Assembly: GCA_036270435.1 (NCBI GenBank) | Contig: DATBCP010000143.1 | Coordinates: forward strand, 1 to 36,373 | Length of the DNA: 36,373 bases | Reading direction: 5' to 3' | Source of the DNA: Rhizomicrobium sp. | GTDB lineage: Bacteria; Pseudomonadota; Alphaproteobacteria; Micropepsales; Micropepsaceae | Part shown: positions 26,746 through 35,600 of the stretch, piece after piece | Numbering within the stretch: position 1 is the stretch's first letter | How the letters are laid out: each line of letters starts with the position of its first letter | The notes under the pieces: generated by a model | Databases searched by the model: none | What the model was told of the DNA's origin: nothing | What the model saw: the letters and a program-made list of their open reading frames with translations, nothing else | Made by a program: the position numbers and the translations under genes

Positions 26746-28170
26746 TTACGACGAACAGCTCACTTCCAGATCGCACATATTTGGCGGCGGCGGCGCGGCA
26801 AAAGCTTCGTCGCCGTCATGCTTTTCGAAGGGCGTGCGCAGAATGTTGAAGATGCGGTCCAGGACGGCGACATCGCGTTTGTCTTCCACGGCGCGGATGG
26901 CGGTTTCCGCCACCCAGTTGCGCAGCACGAATTTGGGATTGACCTGGTCCAGGCCCGACAGGTCTTCGCCTTCCGTGCGGGCGCGATAGCGTGCCAGCCA
27001 TTCCTGCGCCTTTTGGTCCATCGCACCGAACAGCGCGATCCATGCCTTGTCTTCTCCCGTGAGCCCGCGGAACGTCAGCGTGTAATCGGCCCGTCCCATC
27101 GCCATCAGCGACAGCAGTTCGCCGATCATCCGGTCGTCGTCCTCCTCCTCGCGCACCAAACCGAGCTTGGCACGCATCAGGGCACGATATTTCGTGGCGA
27201 AATATTCCTCATAGCCGGTCAGTTTTTCCAGCAACACATCCGTGGGAATCAAATCCGAGACGGCCAGCGCCAGCGCCCGCAAGTTCCAATGCGCGATGGC
27301 CGGCTGGTTGATGAAGCTGTAGCGGCCCTGTTCGTCGCTATGGTTGCAGATGAATTGCGGGTCATAGGCATCCATGAAGCCATAGGGCCCATAATCGATG
27401 GTCAGACCCAGGATGGACATATTGTCGGTGTTCATCACACCATGGGAGAAGCCGACGGCCTGCCATTGGGCGATCATCTCCGCCGTGCGTTTCACCACCT
27501 CAACGAACCAGCCGGCATAATCGCCCGCATGTTCTGGGAAATACTCTGCGATCACATAATCGGCCAGCTGCCGCACTTCGTCCTTTTGGCCGCGATGGAA
27601 GAAATGTTCGAAATGGCCGAAGCGCACATGGCTTCGGGCCAGCCGTGCCAGCACTGCCCCCGGCTCGCGCATCTCCCGTCGGACAATTTCGTTGGTGGCG
27701 ACAACCGCCAGCGCCCGGCTGGTGGGAATGCCCAGCGCGGCAACGGCCTCGCTGCCGAGATATTCGCGGATGGTGGAACGCATCACCGCGCGGCCGTCAC
27801 CAAAACGGGAGTAGGGTGTCTTGCCCGAACCCTTGAGCTGGATATCCCACAACTCGCCCTTGCGGTTGCGTACCTGCCCGATCAACAACGCGCGTCCGTC
27901 TCCCAATTGCCCGGCCCATACCCCGAACTGGTGGCCGGAATAGACCATCGCCAAGGGCGAAAAGCCTTCCAGCGGCCGATGCCCGGCCATGACCTCGACA
28001 AAGCGCGGATCGTTGAACACGGTCGGATCCAAATCCAGCAATGTGGCCGCCGCCTCATTGGCATGGATCAGGCGTGGCGTAGCGCCAACCTTCTCCGCCG
28101 GCATCTTGGTGTAGAAATCCTCCGGCAGCCGGGCGTAGTGATTTTCAAGACTAAGGCCGAAGTCCGACAT
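26746..28170 (-). CDS. selO: Protein adenylyltransferase SelO (YdiU)
   Basis: YSGHQFG..AGQLGDGRA, QLKGSG.TPYSR.GDGRA, HGVMNTDN, IDYGP, C-terminal SCSS. Confidence 0.95.
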   Translation of the reverse strand: MSDFGLSLENHYARLPEDFYTKMPAEKVGATPRLIHANEAAATLLDLDPTVFNDPRFVEVMAGHRPLEGFSPLAMVYSGHQFGVWAGQLGDGRALLIGQVRNRKGELWDIQLKGSGKTPYSRFGDGRAVMRSTIREYLGSEAVAALGIPTSRALAVVATNEIVRREMREPGAVLARLARSHVRFGHFEHFFHRGQKDEVRQLADYVIAEYFPEHAGDYAGWFVEVVKRTAEMIAQWQAVGFSHGVMNTDNMSILGLTIDYGPYGFMDAYDPQFICNHSDEQGRYSFINQPAIAHWNLRALALAVSDLIPTDVLLEKLTGYEEYFATKYRALMRAKLGLVREEEDDDRMIGELLSLMAMGRADYTLTFRGLTGEDKAWIALFGAMDQKAQEWLARYRARTEGEDLSGLDQVNPKFVLRNWVAETAIRAVEDKRDVAVLDRIFNILRTPFEKHDGDEAFAAPPPPNMCDLEVSCSS

Positions 28171-28648
28171 TGTTCCTGAGAGCGGTGCGTTTCACCGCCA
28201 TGATACAATTTTCCAATTCGCCCAGGAACCGTGAACGGTCCTGTTTTCCAAAACCGGCATGATGGGTTTGCCCGCCGGGCGTCAGCTCGCGCAGATGTCG
28301 GCTGAGTTCCCGCATTCCAAGCGCCATGCCGATGCCGTCCTGCGTAAATGCCTTGCCATTGGGCGTCAGGACACGCACCCCTTTGTCCAGGCAACGCGCC
28401 GCCAAGGGAATATCGGCGGTGATGCAGATATCTCCGGTAGCAATGTGATCCACAATCCAGTTGTCGGCGGCATCCGCCCCTTCCGCCACAGTGACATGAC
28501 ACAAAAGCGGATTGGCCGAGGGACGCAAGCCACCGTTGCTGACGATGGTGACGGTCAGGCCATGCCGGATCGCGACCTTTTCGACTTCCGCCTTTACCGG
28601 GCAGGCATCGCCATCAACGAAGATTTGAGGCTGCGGGCCGGCGGTCAA
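28151..28648 (-). CDS. yaiI: YaiI/YqxD (UPF0178) family protein
   Basis: IFVDGDACPVK, DAADNWI, ITADIPLA. TTG start overlaps the helicase stop. Confidence 0.9.
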   Translation of the reverse strand: MTAGPQPQIFVDGDACPVKAEVEKVAIRHGLTVTIVSNGGLRPSANPLLCHVTVAEGADAADNWIVDHIATGDICITADIPLAARCLDKGVRVLTPNGKAFTQDGIGMALGMRELSRHLRELTPGGQTHHAGFGKQDRSRFLGELENCIMAVKRTALRNNVGLRP

Positions 28649-30030
28649 GCCGCGCTTTCCCTCTTCCTATTGTCTTTCGCACGCTTCCAATGCGGCCGCG
28701 AACCATTGCGCTTCTTGGGGGCATGAGGATTGTGGCCCGTATCGGCGCGCTCGCCCTGCTGTGCGTGGCCGCCGCCCTTATGGCCGTGCGGTTTGCCATG
28801 TCCATGCGGCTTGCCGCCGTGCCCCCTATGATTATGGGAGTGCCCATGCGGCCGCCGCGGTTCGTCCATCTGGCGACGCTGCTCCTCGGTCAGTTCCGGC
28901 AATTCGTGCGGCACCACTTCGATCTTCAGGCGGATCAGTTTTTCTATGTCGCGCAGGAACGAGCGTTCGGAACCGTCGCAGAAACTGACGGCAATGCCTT
29001 CGCCGCCGGCCCGGGCGGTGCGGCCGATGCGATGCACATAGCTTTCCGGCTCATTGGGCATCTCGAAATTCACCACATGCGAAATGTCGTCGATGTCGAT
29101 GCCGCGGGCGGCGATGTCGGTGGCCACCAGCACCCGCGCCTTGCCGCTGCGGAACATGTCCAGCGCACGTTGGCGGGCATTCTGCGATTTGTTGCCGTGA
29201 ATGGCTTCCGCCACCACGCCGGTGCGCGACAGATGCTCGGAGACGCGATTGGCGCCATGTTTGGTGCGGGTGAAGACGATCACCCGGTTCATTGCCACAT
29301 CCTTGAGCAATTCGCTCAGCAACTGGCGCTTCTGCGCTGCCGGCACGAAATACAGCTTCTGGGCGATGCGGTCGGCGGTCTTGCCCTGGGGCGCGATCTC
29401 GATCCGCTCCGGCTGGCGCAGCATGTCGTGGGTCAGCTTGACGATGTCGTCCGGCATGGTGGCGGAGAACAGCATCGATTGGCGTTCGCGCGGCAGCAGC
29501 GCCACCAGCTTCTTCACATCGCGGATGAAACCCATGTCCAGCATGCGGTCGGCTTCGTCGACGATGAAGCAGGACACCGCGTCCAGCCGCACATGCTTCT
29601 GCTGCACCAGGTCGAGCAGGCGGCCCGGCGTCGCCACCAGGATGTCCACGCCGCGCGCCATGGCGCGCACCTGGGTGTTCTGGCTCACGCCACCCAGGAT
29701 CACCGCCATCCTCAAGTTCAGGAAACGGCCATAGGTACGCAAACTCTGTTCGATCTGCACCGCCAGCTCGCGGGTCGGCGCCAGGATCAGGGCACGGGCC
29801 TGCTTGGCCTGGGGCGGGACATGGCCGGTGGAAAGTTTTTGCAGCAAGGGCAGGCCAAAAGCCGCCGTCTTGCCGGTGCCGGTCTGGGCGATGCCCAAAA
29901 GATCGCGGCCCGACAGCAGGGCCGGGATGGCGCGGGCCTGGATGGGGGTGGGGATGGTGTAATTTTCCGCGGCCAGGGCACGGAGGATCGGCTCGGCGAT
30001 GCCAAGCGAGGCAAAAGTCAGGTCAGTCAC
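28645..30030 (-). CDS. rhlE: DEAD-box RNA helicase, RhlE-like
   Basis: Q motif PTPIQ, AQTGTGKT, PTRELA, DEAD, SAT, ARGID, HRIGRTAR. GTG start with AGGA SD. Confidence 0.93.
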   Translation of the reverse strand: MTDLTFASLGIAEPILRALAAENYTIPTPIQARAIPALLSGRDLLGIAQTGTGKTAAFGLPLLQKLSTGHVPPQAKQARALILAPTRELAVQIEQSLRTYGRFLNLRMAVILGGVSQNTQVRAMARGVDILVATPGRLLDLVQQKHVRLDAVSCFIVDEADRMLDMGFIRDVKKLVALLPRERQSMLFSATMPDDIVKLTHDMLRQPERIEIAPQGKTADRIAQKLYFVPAAQKRQLLSELLKDVAMNRVIVFTRTKHGANRVSEHLSRTGVVAEAIHGNKSQNARQRALDMFRSGKARVLVATDIAARGIDIDDISHVVNFEMPNEPESYVHRIGRTARAGGEGIAVSFCDGSERSFLRDIEKLIRLKIEVVPHELPELTEEQRRQMDEPRRPHGHSHNHRGHGGKPHGHGKPHGHKGGGHAQQGERADTGHNPHAPKKRNGSRPHWKRAKDNRKRESAA

Positions 30031-30384
30031 AAAAATCCTAAAAACCGTGGGAACGCGCCAAAAGGCACGGGTTTACGGCGGTTGCCGTCTTCCACGCACA
30101 CTGGAGGGAACGGAGGTCAAAGCTCAGGTCCGGCGATGGCAGCGCGGGTCTTCAAGACCCTGAGGCGCCTGGTGCGGTCGCGGACGGAGGTGTATCGGCG
30201 GCTTTGGTGCAGAAGTCAAGCCTTTTGCTGCGCCGCAATAAGGCAAAGCTCTAACATTTCCGTCTCCAGCCCGTTGCGGGTTGCAGGTTTCTGTAGTCAT
30301 CATGTCGCAGTTGCCCGCGCGGGGCCGGGACGCGGGGCGGCTTGGGGTGTCCAACCGGCATGGGGCGAGTAGCGTCGGTTCACA

Positions 30385-30942
30385 ATGGCATATGGCAACG
30401 ATAAGTCCATTTCGCAGGCTTCTGCGAGGGGCAAAGTGAAGTGGTTTAACGCCACAAAAGGGTACGGCTTCATCACTCTCGACAATGGCGGCGACGCCTT
30501 CTGTCACGCCAGCGCCTTGCAGGCGAGCGGTCACAGCGACGTGCAACCTGGCACGACAATCGTCTGCGACCTGGCGGACAGCGCGCGCGGCTTGCAGGTT
30601 GTCACCGTCCACAGCGTGGACCTCTCCACGGCGGAAGCGCCGAGCCGGGGTCCGCGCCGTGATTTTGGTGGCGGCGGCGGATATGGCGGCGGCGGCGGAT
30701 ATGGCGGGCATCACCGCGACCATGCGCCTTCCGGTCCCATGGTCGAGGGCAAAGTCAAGTTCTTCAACGACCAGAAGGGCTTCGGCTTTGTGATGCCGGA
30801 CAGCGGCAGCGGCGACATCTATCTGCATGCCAGTGCGCTACGGCGCTCCGGGGTTCAGGCGGTGGAACCCGATCAACGCATCCGCTACTCGACGCGCCAG
30901 GGCAACAAGGGCGTGGAAGTAGACAGGGTAGAAATCATTTAA
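30385..30942 (+). CDS. Cold-shock protein with two CSD domains and Gly-rich linker
   Basis: GKVKWFN..KGYGFI...FCHASAL and GKVKFFN..KGFGFV...YLHASAL. Confidence 0.92.
   Translation: MAYGNDKSISQASARGKVKWFNATKGYGFITLDNGGDAFCHASALQASGHSDVQPGTTIVCDLADSARGLQVVTVHSVDLSTAEAPSRGPRRDFGGGGGYGGGGGYGGHHRDHAPSGPMVEGKVKFFNDQKGFGFVMPDSGSGDIYLHASALRRSGVQAVEPDQRIRYSTRQGNKGVEVDRVEII
30667..30702 (+). repeat. 18-bp tandem repeat (GGGGGY x2) in the csp linker
   Basis: GGTGGCGGCGGCGGATAT followed by GGCGGCGGCGGCGGATAT. Confidence 0.8.
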
Positions 30943-31038
30943 GCGCCGCTTGTTTGGCGCTCGTCGCCGGCGCAGCCATGCGCTGGGCGCGCTCCCGTTC
31001 CGTCGCTCCATGCGTCGCGCCTATGGTAAGGTCACCGC

Positions 31039-31290
31039 ATGCTCGACCTTCGGCCCAATTGCGAATGCTGCAACAAGAACCTGCCGCCGGAGGCGGCGGA
31101 CGCGATGATCTGCAGCTATGAATGCACCTTCTGCCGCGACTGTGTCGAAACGTGGCTGAAAGGCATCTGTCCCAATTGCGGCGGCAACCTGACGCCAAGG
31201 CCGATCCGCCCGGCCAACAAGCTGATCAAAGACCCACCATCCACCAAGCGGGTCTTTAAACCCAACTGCGCCAACGACAACGCAGCTTAG
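31039..31290 (+). CDS. DUF1272 family Cys-rich (zinc-finger-like) protein
   Basis: LRPNCECC, ICSYECTFC..C, CPNCGG.L..RP.RP. Confidence 0.9.
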   Translation: MLDLRPNCECCNKNLPPEAADAMICSYECTFCRDCVETWLKGICPNCGGNLTPRPIRPANKLIKDPPSTKRVFKPNCANDNAA

Positions 31291-33152
31291 ACGGGCACTT
31301 CTTTCGCAATTCCTGGCGCCACGTCCGGGTCTGTTTCGATCTCTTTCAACTTTTCGCGCGCCGCGGCGGCTTCGCGCTGCTTATTCCACATAGAGGCATA
31401 ATGGCCTTCCTGCGCCAGCAGTTGAGAGTGGCGGCCGCGCTCGATGATTTGGCCGTGATCCAGCACCAGGATCTCGTCGGCGTCCACCACGGTGGAAAGG
31501 CGGTGCGCGATGACCAGAGAGGTCCGGTTGCGCGACACCTCGTTCAGGGCGCTCTGGATTTCCCGTTCGGTGCCTGTATCCAGCGCGCTGGTCGCTTCGT
31601 CCAACAACAGGATGGGCGGATTTTTCAAAATAGTGCGGGCGATGGCCACGCGCTGTTTCTCCCCGCCCGACAGTTTCAGGCCGCGCTCGCCCACCATGGC
31701 GTCATAGCCCATCGGCAATTCCACGATGAATTTGTCGATCTGGGCCAGGCGCGCGGCCTCCTTGATATCGGCCTCGTTGGCGCCGATGCGGCCATAGGCG
31801 ATGTTGTACTTGACGGTGTCATTGAACAGCACCGTATCCTGCGGCACGATGCCGATCACGGCGCGCAGGGATTCCTGGGTCACATCGCGTATGTCCTGGC
31901 CGTCGATGATCACCCGCCCGCTCTTGATGTCATAGAAGCGGTAGAGGATGCGGCTGATGGTGGATTTTCCGGCGCCCGACGGACCCACTATCGCCACCGT
32001 CTTGCCGGCGGGGACGGTGAAGCTGATGCCCTTGAGCACAATGCGCTCGGGATCATAAGCGAACACCACATTCTCAAAGCGGATCTCGCCGCCCGACACC
32101 GCCAGCGGCTTGGCGCCCGGCTTATCCTGGACTTCCTGGAGCTGGTTGAGCAGCCGGAACATGGCCTCCATGTCCACCAGGCCTTGGGTGATCTCGCGAT
32201 AGACCGTGCCCAAAAGATTCAGCGGCTGATAAAGCTGGAGCACGATCAGGTTGGCGGCGACGAACTGGCCCAGCTTTACCTCGCCCGACTTCACCATCAT
32301 CGCCGCCAGCGCCAGCACGATCCCCTGCCCGATGGCGATGATCGCGGCCTGGCCGGTGTTGAGGATGGAAAGCGAAATCTGCGACTGGATCGAGGCGTTG
32401 GAGTATTTCTCCATCGAGACGTCATAGCGCCGCGTCTCGTGCTTTTCGTTGTTGAAATATTTGACGGTCTCGAAATTGAGCAGGCTGTCCACTGCCTTGG
32501 TGTTGGCATCGGTGTCGGACTGGTTCATTTCGCGACGGAAGGCGACACGCCAGCGCGTGACGCTGACCGTGAACCAGCTATAAGCCGCCACCATGACAAT
32601 CGCGGTCAGCGCCACCCAGATGTTGAAGGTATAGAGCAGCAGCCCGGCATAGATCAGCACCTGGAAGATGATGGGAAACACCGAAAACAGGGCAAACGAC
32701 AGGATATTGTCGATTCCCCTTGTGCCGCGCTCGATGATGCGCGACAGGCCACCGGTCTTGCGCTCCAAATGGAAACGCATCGATAGCGTGTGGACATGGG
32801 CAAAGGTCTGCACTGCCACTTCGCGCATGGCATGGTACTGCACTTTGGCGAAAACGCCGTCGCGCAACTGGGCGAAGGACTGCATCAGAACGCGCGACAA
32901 GGCATAGGCCGCCACGAGCGCGATCACCACCCATAGCGCCGCGGTCTGGGGTGTCGTGCCGAAGGCGTCGACCGCCGCCCCCAGGAACTGTTGCGACACC
33001 GTGGTGGCGATGATGCCCAGCATCAGGAACAGGATGCTCAGCACCACCCGTGCCCGTAAGTCGGGCCGTCCCTTGGGCCACAGATAAGGCATCAGCCGCC
33101 ACAAAGGCCTGAAGGAGGGCGCGCCGCTGCCTTCTTCCACCGGGTGAGGCAT
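31287..33152 (-). CDS. ATM1/HMT1-type ABC half-transporter (permease plus ATPase)
   Basis: FHLERKTG, DSLLNFETVKYF, GPSGAGKS, LSGGEKQR, DEATSALD, IAHRLST. Start placed at ATG 33152. Confidence 0.93.
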   Translation of the reverse strand: MPHPVEEGSGAPSFRPLWRLMPYLWPKGRPDLRARVVLSILFLMLGIIATTVSQQFLGAAVDAFGTTPQTAALWVVIALVAAYALSRVLMQSFAQLRDGVFAKVQYHAMREVAVQTFAHVHTLSMRFHLERKTGGLSRIIERGTRGIDNILSFALFSVFPIIFQVLIYAGLLLYTFNIWVALTAIVMVAAYSWFTVSVTRWRVAFRREMNQSDTDANTKAVDSLLNFETVKYFNNEKHETRRYDVSMEKYSNASIQSQISLSILNTGQAAIIAIGQGIVLALAAMMVKSGEVKLGQFVAANLIVLQLYQPLNLLGTVYREITQGLVDMEAMFRLLNQLQEVQDKPGAKPLAVSGGEIRFENVVFAYDPERIVLKGISFTVPAGKTVAIVGPSGAGKSTISRILYRFYDIKSGRVIIDGQDIRDVTQESLRAVIGIVPQDTVLFNDTVKYNIAYGRIGANEADIKEAARLAQIDKFIVELPMGYDAMVGERGLKLSGGEKQRVAIARTILKNPPILLLDEATSALDTGTEREIQSALNEVSRNRTSLVIAHRLSTVVDADEILVLDHGQIIERGRHSQLLAQEGHYASMWNKQREAAAAREKLKEIETDPDVAPGIAKEVPV

Positions 33153-33174
33153 CAGGGAATAACCTGCATTAGGC

Positions 33175-33267
33175 TCACTGCCCCATGTTCCCGCCGCCAA
33201 ATGTGACAAATCCCGCAACCATGGCGAGGATGGCCACGGCACCCAGAATCCACAACCAGCGCGGCAT
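33175..33267 (-). CDS. Small single-pass membrane protein, 30 aa (below the ORF-track cutoff)
   Basis: MPRWLWILGAVAILAMVAGFVTFGGGNMGQ, preceded by GGGGAGAG SD; ends 22 nt before the ABC gene start. Confidence 0.6.
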   Translation of the reverse strand: MPRWLWILGAVAILAMVAGFVTFGGGNMGQ

Positions 33268-33361
33268 CAACTCTCCCCAAACCTTGCTCGGACGGCGAAC
33301 CCGCCTGACATATTTATCTATGTTTAATATGCAATACCGAAAATCGCCCCGATCTTCTTGG

Positions 33362-33377
33362 TTGCGATATATCGTAA
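33362..33377. promoter_or_regulatory. Palindromic candidate operator in divergent promoter region
   Basis: TTGCGATATATCGTAA (14/16 palindromic) in an AT-rich tract. Confidence 0.35.
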
Positions 33378-33423
33378 TACCCGTTTAGGAACATGCGCGC
33401 TTCCGCGCAACCCTGTAGGCAAC

Positions 33424-34020
33424 ATGGACAAGCCGTTTCAGAAAAACATCAAGAAAAGTGGGGCGGCAGTCTGCGTTTTCTGCGGCTCCTCCTTCGGCCA
33501 TGACCCCGCTTTCCGCGAGGCGGCGCGCGCGATCGGTGCCGGAATCGCCAAAATGGGCTATTCACTGGTGTTTGGCGGCGGCGGGCTGGGACTGATGGGC
33601 GAAGTCGCCCGCGCCGTGCTGGACGGGGGCAGCGAGATCCAGGGCATCATGCCGGCTTTCCTGCAGGCGTTGGAGCCGGAAGTCTCGCCCCAGGAAAAGC
33701 TGATCATCACCCCGCACTTGCAGGAGCGCAAGGCGCTGATGCTGCAAATGTCGGACGCCTTTTTGGTGCTACCCGGCGGCTTGGGAACCTTTGACGAATT
33801 TTTCGAGGTCGCGGTCGAGGCGCAATTGGACGTGCACACCAAGCCCATCATCGTGGTCAATGTAAACGGCTATTTCGACGCCCTGGACGCCATGCTGCAC
33901 AAAACCGTCAAAGCCGGATTCGCCAAGGACACGATTCTGAAGCTCTACTACCTGGCAGACGGAGCGGAAGCGGCGCTGGAGATCCTGGAAGGTGCGCTCG
34001 ACGCGCCGGCGCGGAGCTAG
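33424..34020 (+). CDS. LOG family (TIGR00730) nucleotide phosphoribohydrolase
   Basis: VCVFCGSS, GGGGLGLMG, ERK, PGGLGTFDE. Confidence 0.92.
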   Translation: MDKPFQKNIKKSGAAVCVFCGSSFGHDPAFREAARAIGAGIAKMGYSLVFGGGGLGLMGEVARAVLDGGSEIQGIMPAFLQALEPEVSPQEKLIITPHLQERKALMLQMSDAFLVLPGGLGTFDEFFEVAVEAQLDVHTKPIIVVNVNGYFDALDAMLHKTVKAGFAKDTILKLYYLADGAEAALEILEGALDAPARS

Positions 34021-35600
34021 ACCGCCGCCCGATCGCGATAGAGCTTGTACACAATTGAATCCGTCAGCGCCTCGAACGAGGCGTCGACGATATTCTCCGA
34101 CACGCCCACAGTGGACCAGCGATTGCCTTTGCCGTCGGCGGATTCCACCGTCACCCGCGTCACCGCTTCGGTGCCGGTGGTGAGGATGCGAACCTTGAAG
34201 TCCACCAGCCGCAAATCCGCCAGGAAAGGCGAATATTTGCCCAGATCCTTGCGCAGCGCCGCGTCCAGCGCGTTGACCGGGCCATTGCCGGCGCCGCTAT
34301 TGGTGATGCGCTCGCCTGCCACGATCAGCTCCACTTCGGCGCGGGCCTGAGACACCATCTGGTCGTCCTCGTCGCGCACGCTTTCCACCGTGACGCTGTA
34401 TTGTTCCACCGTGAAATAACGGGGCAGTTTCTTCTGTTGCCGCAACGCCAACAGTTCGAATGACGCGGCGGCATCGTCGTAACTATAGCCTTCGAATTCG
34501 CGATGCTTGACGTCCTGCAACAGGCGGGCGAGATCGGCCTTGCCGTCCTCCGCCGCCAGATTGGCCGCGACATTGGCCCGCCCGGACTGTGAGGACACCG
34601 GCATGGTGCGCCGGTTGCCCACCAGCTCGGGTGGCACATGCTCATAGGTCGAAGGGCTTTTCATCACCGCCGAGACATGCAATCCGCCCTTATGGGTGAA
34701 AGCCGAGGCCCCCACATAGGGCGCATAGCGGTCGGGCGCGCGATTCAGGATCTCGTCCAGCAAGCGCGAGACATGGGTGATCTGCTTGAGATTGTCAGCC
34801 GTCACGCCGGTCTCGAAGCCGGAGGCGAAAGGCTCCTTGAGCAGGAGGTTGGGCAGCAGCGAGCACAGATTGGCGTTGCCGCAGCGTTCGCCCAACCCGT
34901 TCAGCGTGCCCTGGACCTGGCGGACGCCGGCGCGGATGGCGGCCAGTGACACGGCCACCGCCTGTTCGGTGTCATTATGGGCGTGGATGCCCAGTGCCGC
35001 ACCGGGCATCTTGTCCTTGACCGCACTGACGATGGCATAGGCCTCTTCGGGCATGGTGCCGCCATTGGTGTCGCACAACACGATCCATCTGGCGCCCGCC
35101 TCATGGGCGGTGCGGATGCAGGAGAGCGCGTAATCGGGATCGGCCTTATAGCCGTCGAAGAAGTGCTCGGCATCGAACAAGGCTTCGCGCTTCCTGCCCA
35201 GGATGGCTTCCATCGAGCGGGCGATATTGTCGAGATTTTCCTCCGGCGAAATCTCCAGCGCCACCTTGACCTGATAGACGCTGGTCTTGCCCACCAAACA
35301 GACGGCGTCGGCCTGGGCATCGAGAACAGGCGCCAGCGACGGATCATTGGCGGCGCTGCGCCCGGCGCGCTTGGTCATGCCGAAGGCGGTGAACCGCGCA
35401 TGATTCAGCTTGGGGCGCTCGCCAAAAAAAGCGGTGTCGGTGGGATTGGCGCCCGGCCAGCCGCCTTCGATATAATCCACGCCCAACCGGTCCAGGGCCA
35501 GCGCGACCTGGCGCTTGTCCTCAACCGAAAAGTCGACGCCCTGGGTCTGCGCCCCATCGCGCAAGGTGGTGTCGAAGATGAAAAGGCGTTCGCGGGTCAT
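34017..35600 (-). CDS. cimA: Citramalate synthase
   Basis: DTTLRDGAQ, IEGGWPGANP, DAEHFFDG, LCDTNGG, HAHND, GERCGNAN, LeuA-type allosteric domain. Confidence 0.93.
   Translation of the reverse strand: MTRERLFIFDTTLRDGAQTQGVDFSVEDKRQVALALDRLGVDYIEGGWPGANPTDTAFFGERPKLNHARFTAFGMTKRAGRSAANDPSLAPVLDAQADAVCLVGKTSVYQVKVALEISPEENLDNIARSMEAILGRKREALFDAEHFFDGYKADPDYALSCIRTAHEAGARWIVLCDTNGGTMPEEAYAIVSAVKDKMPGAALGIHAHNDTEQAVAVSLAAIRAGVRQVQGTLNGLGERCGNANLCSLLPNLLLKEPFASGFETGVTADNLKQITHVSRLLDEILNRAPDRYAPYVGASAFTHKGGLHVSAVMKSPSTYEHVPPELVGNRRTMPVSSQSGRANVAANLAAEDGKADLARLLQDVKHREFEGYSYDDAAASFELLALRQQKKLPRYFTVEQYSVTVESVRDEDDQMVSQARAEVELIVAGERITNSGAGNGPVNALDAALRKDLGKYSPFLADLRLVDFKVRILTTGTEAVTRVTVESADGKGNRWSTVGVSENIVDASFEALTDSIVYKLYRDRAAV

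Noticed and set aside
30943-31022. GC-rich self-complementary stretch after csp as a third copy of the structured repeat
   Set aside because: It lacks the CAAATCG/CGATTTG arm and does not align with the two copies.
31287-31290. Four-base overlaps of convergent stop codons (also 34017-34020)
   Set aside because: Common in compact alphaproteobacterial gene arrangements; nothing suggests a special function.
33153-33242. Longer start for the ABC transporter (MPWPSSPW...)
   Set aside because: No SD, and it overlaps out of frame the better-supported 30-aa ORF.
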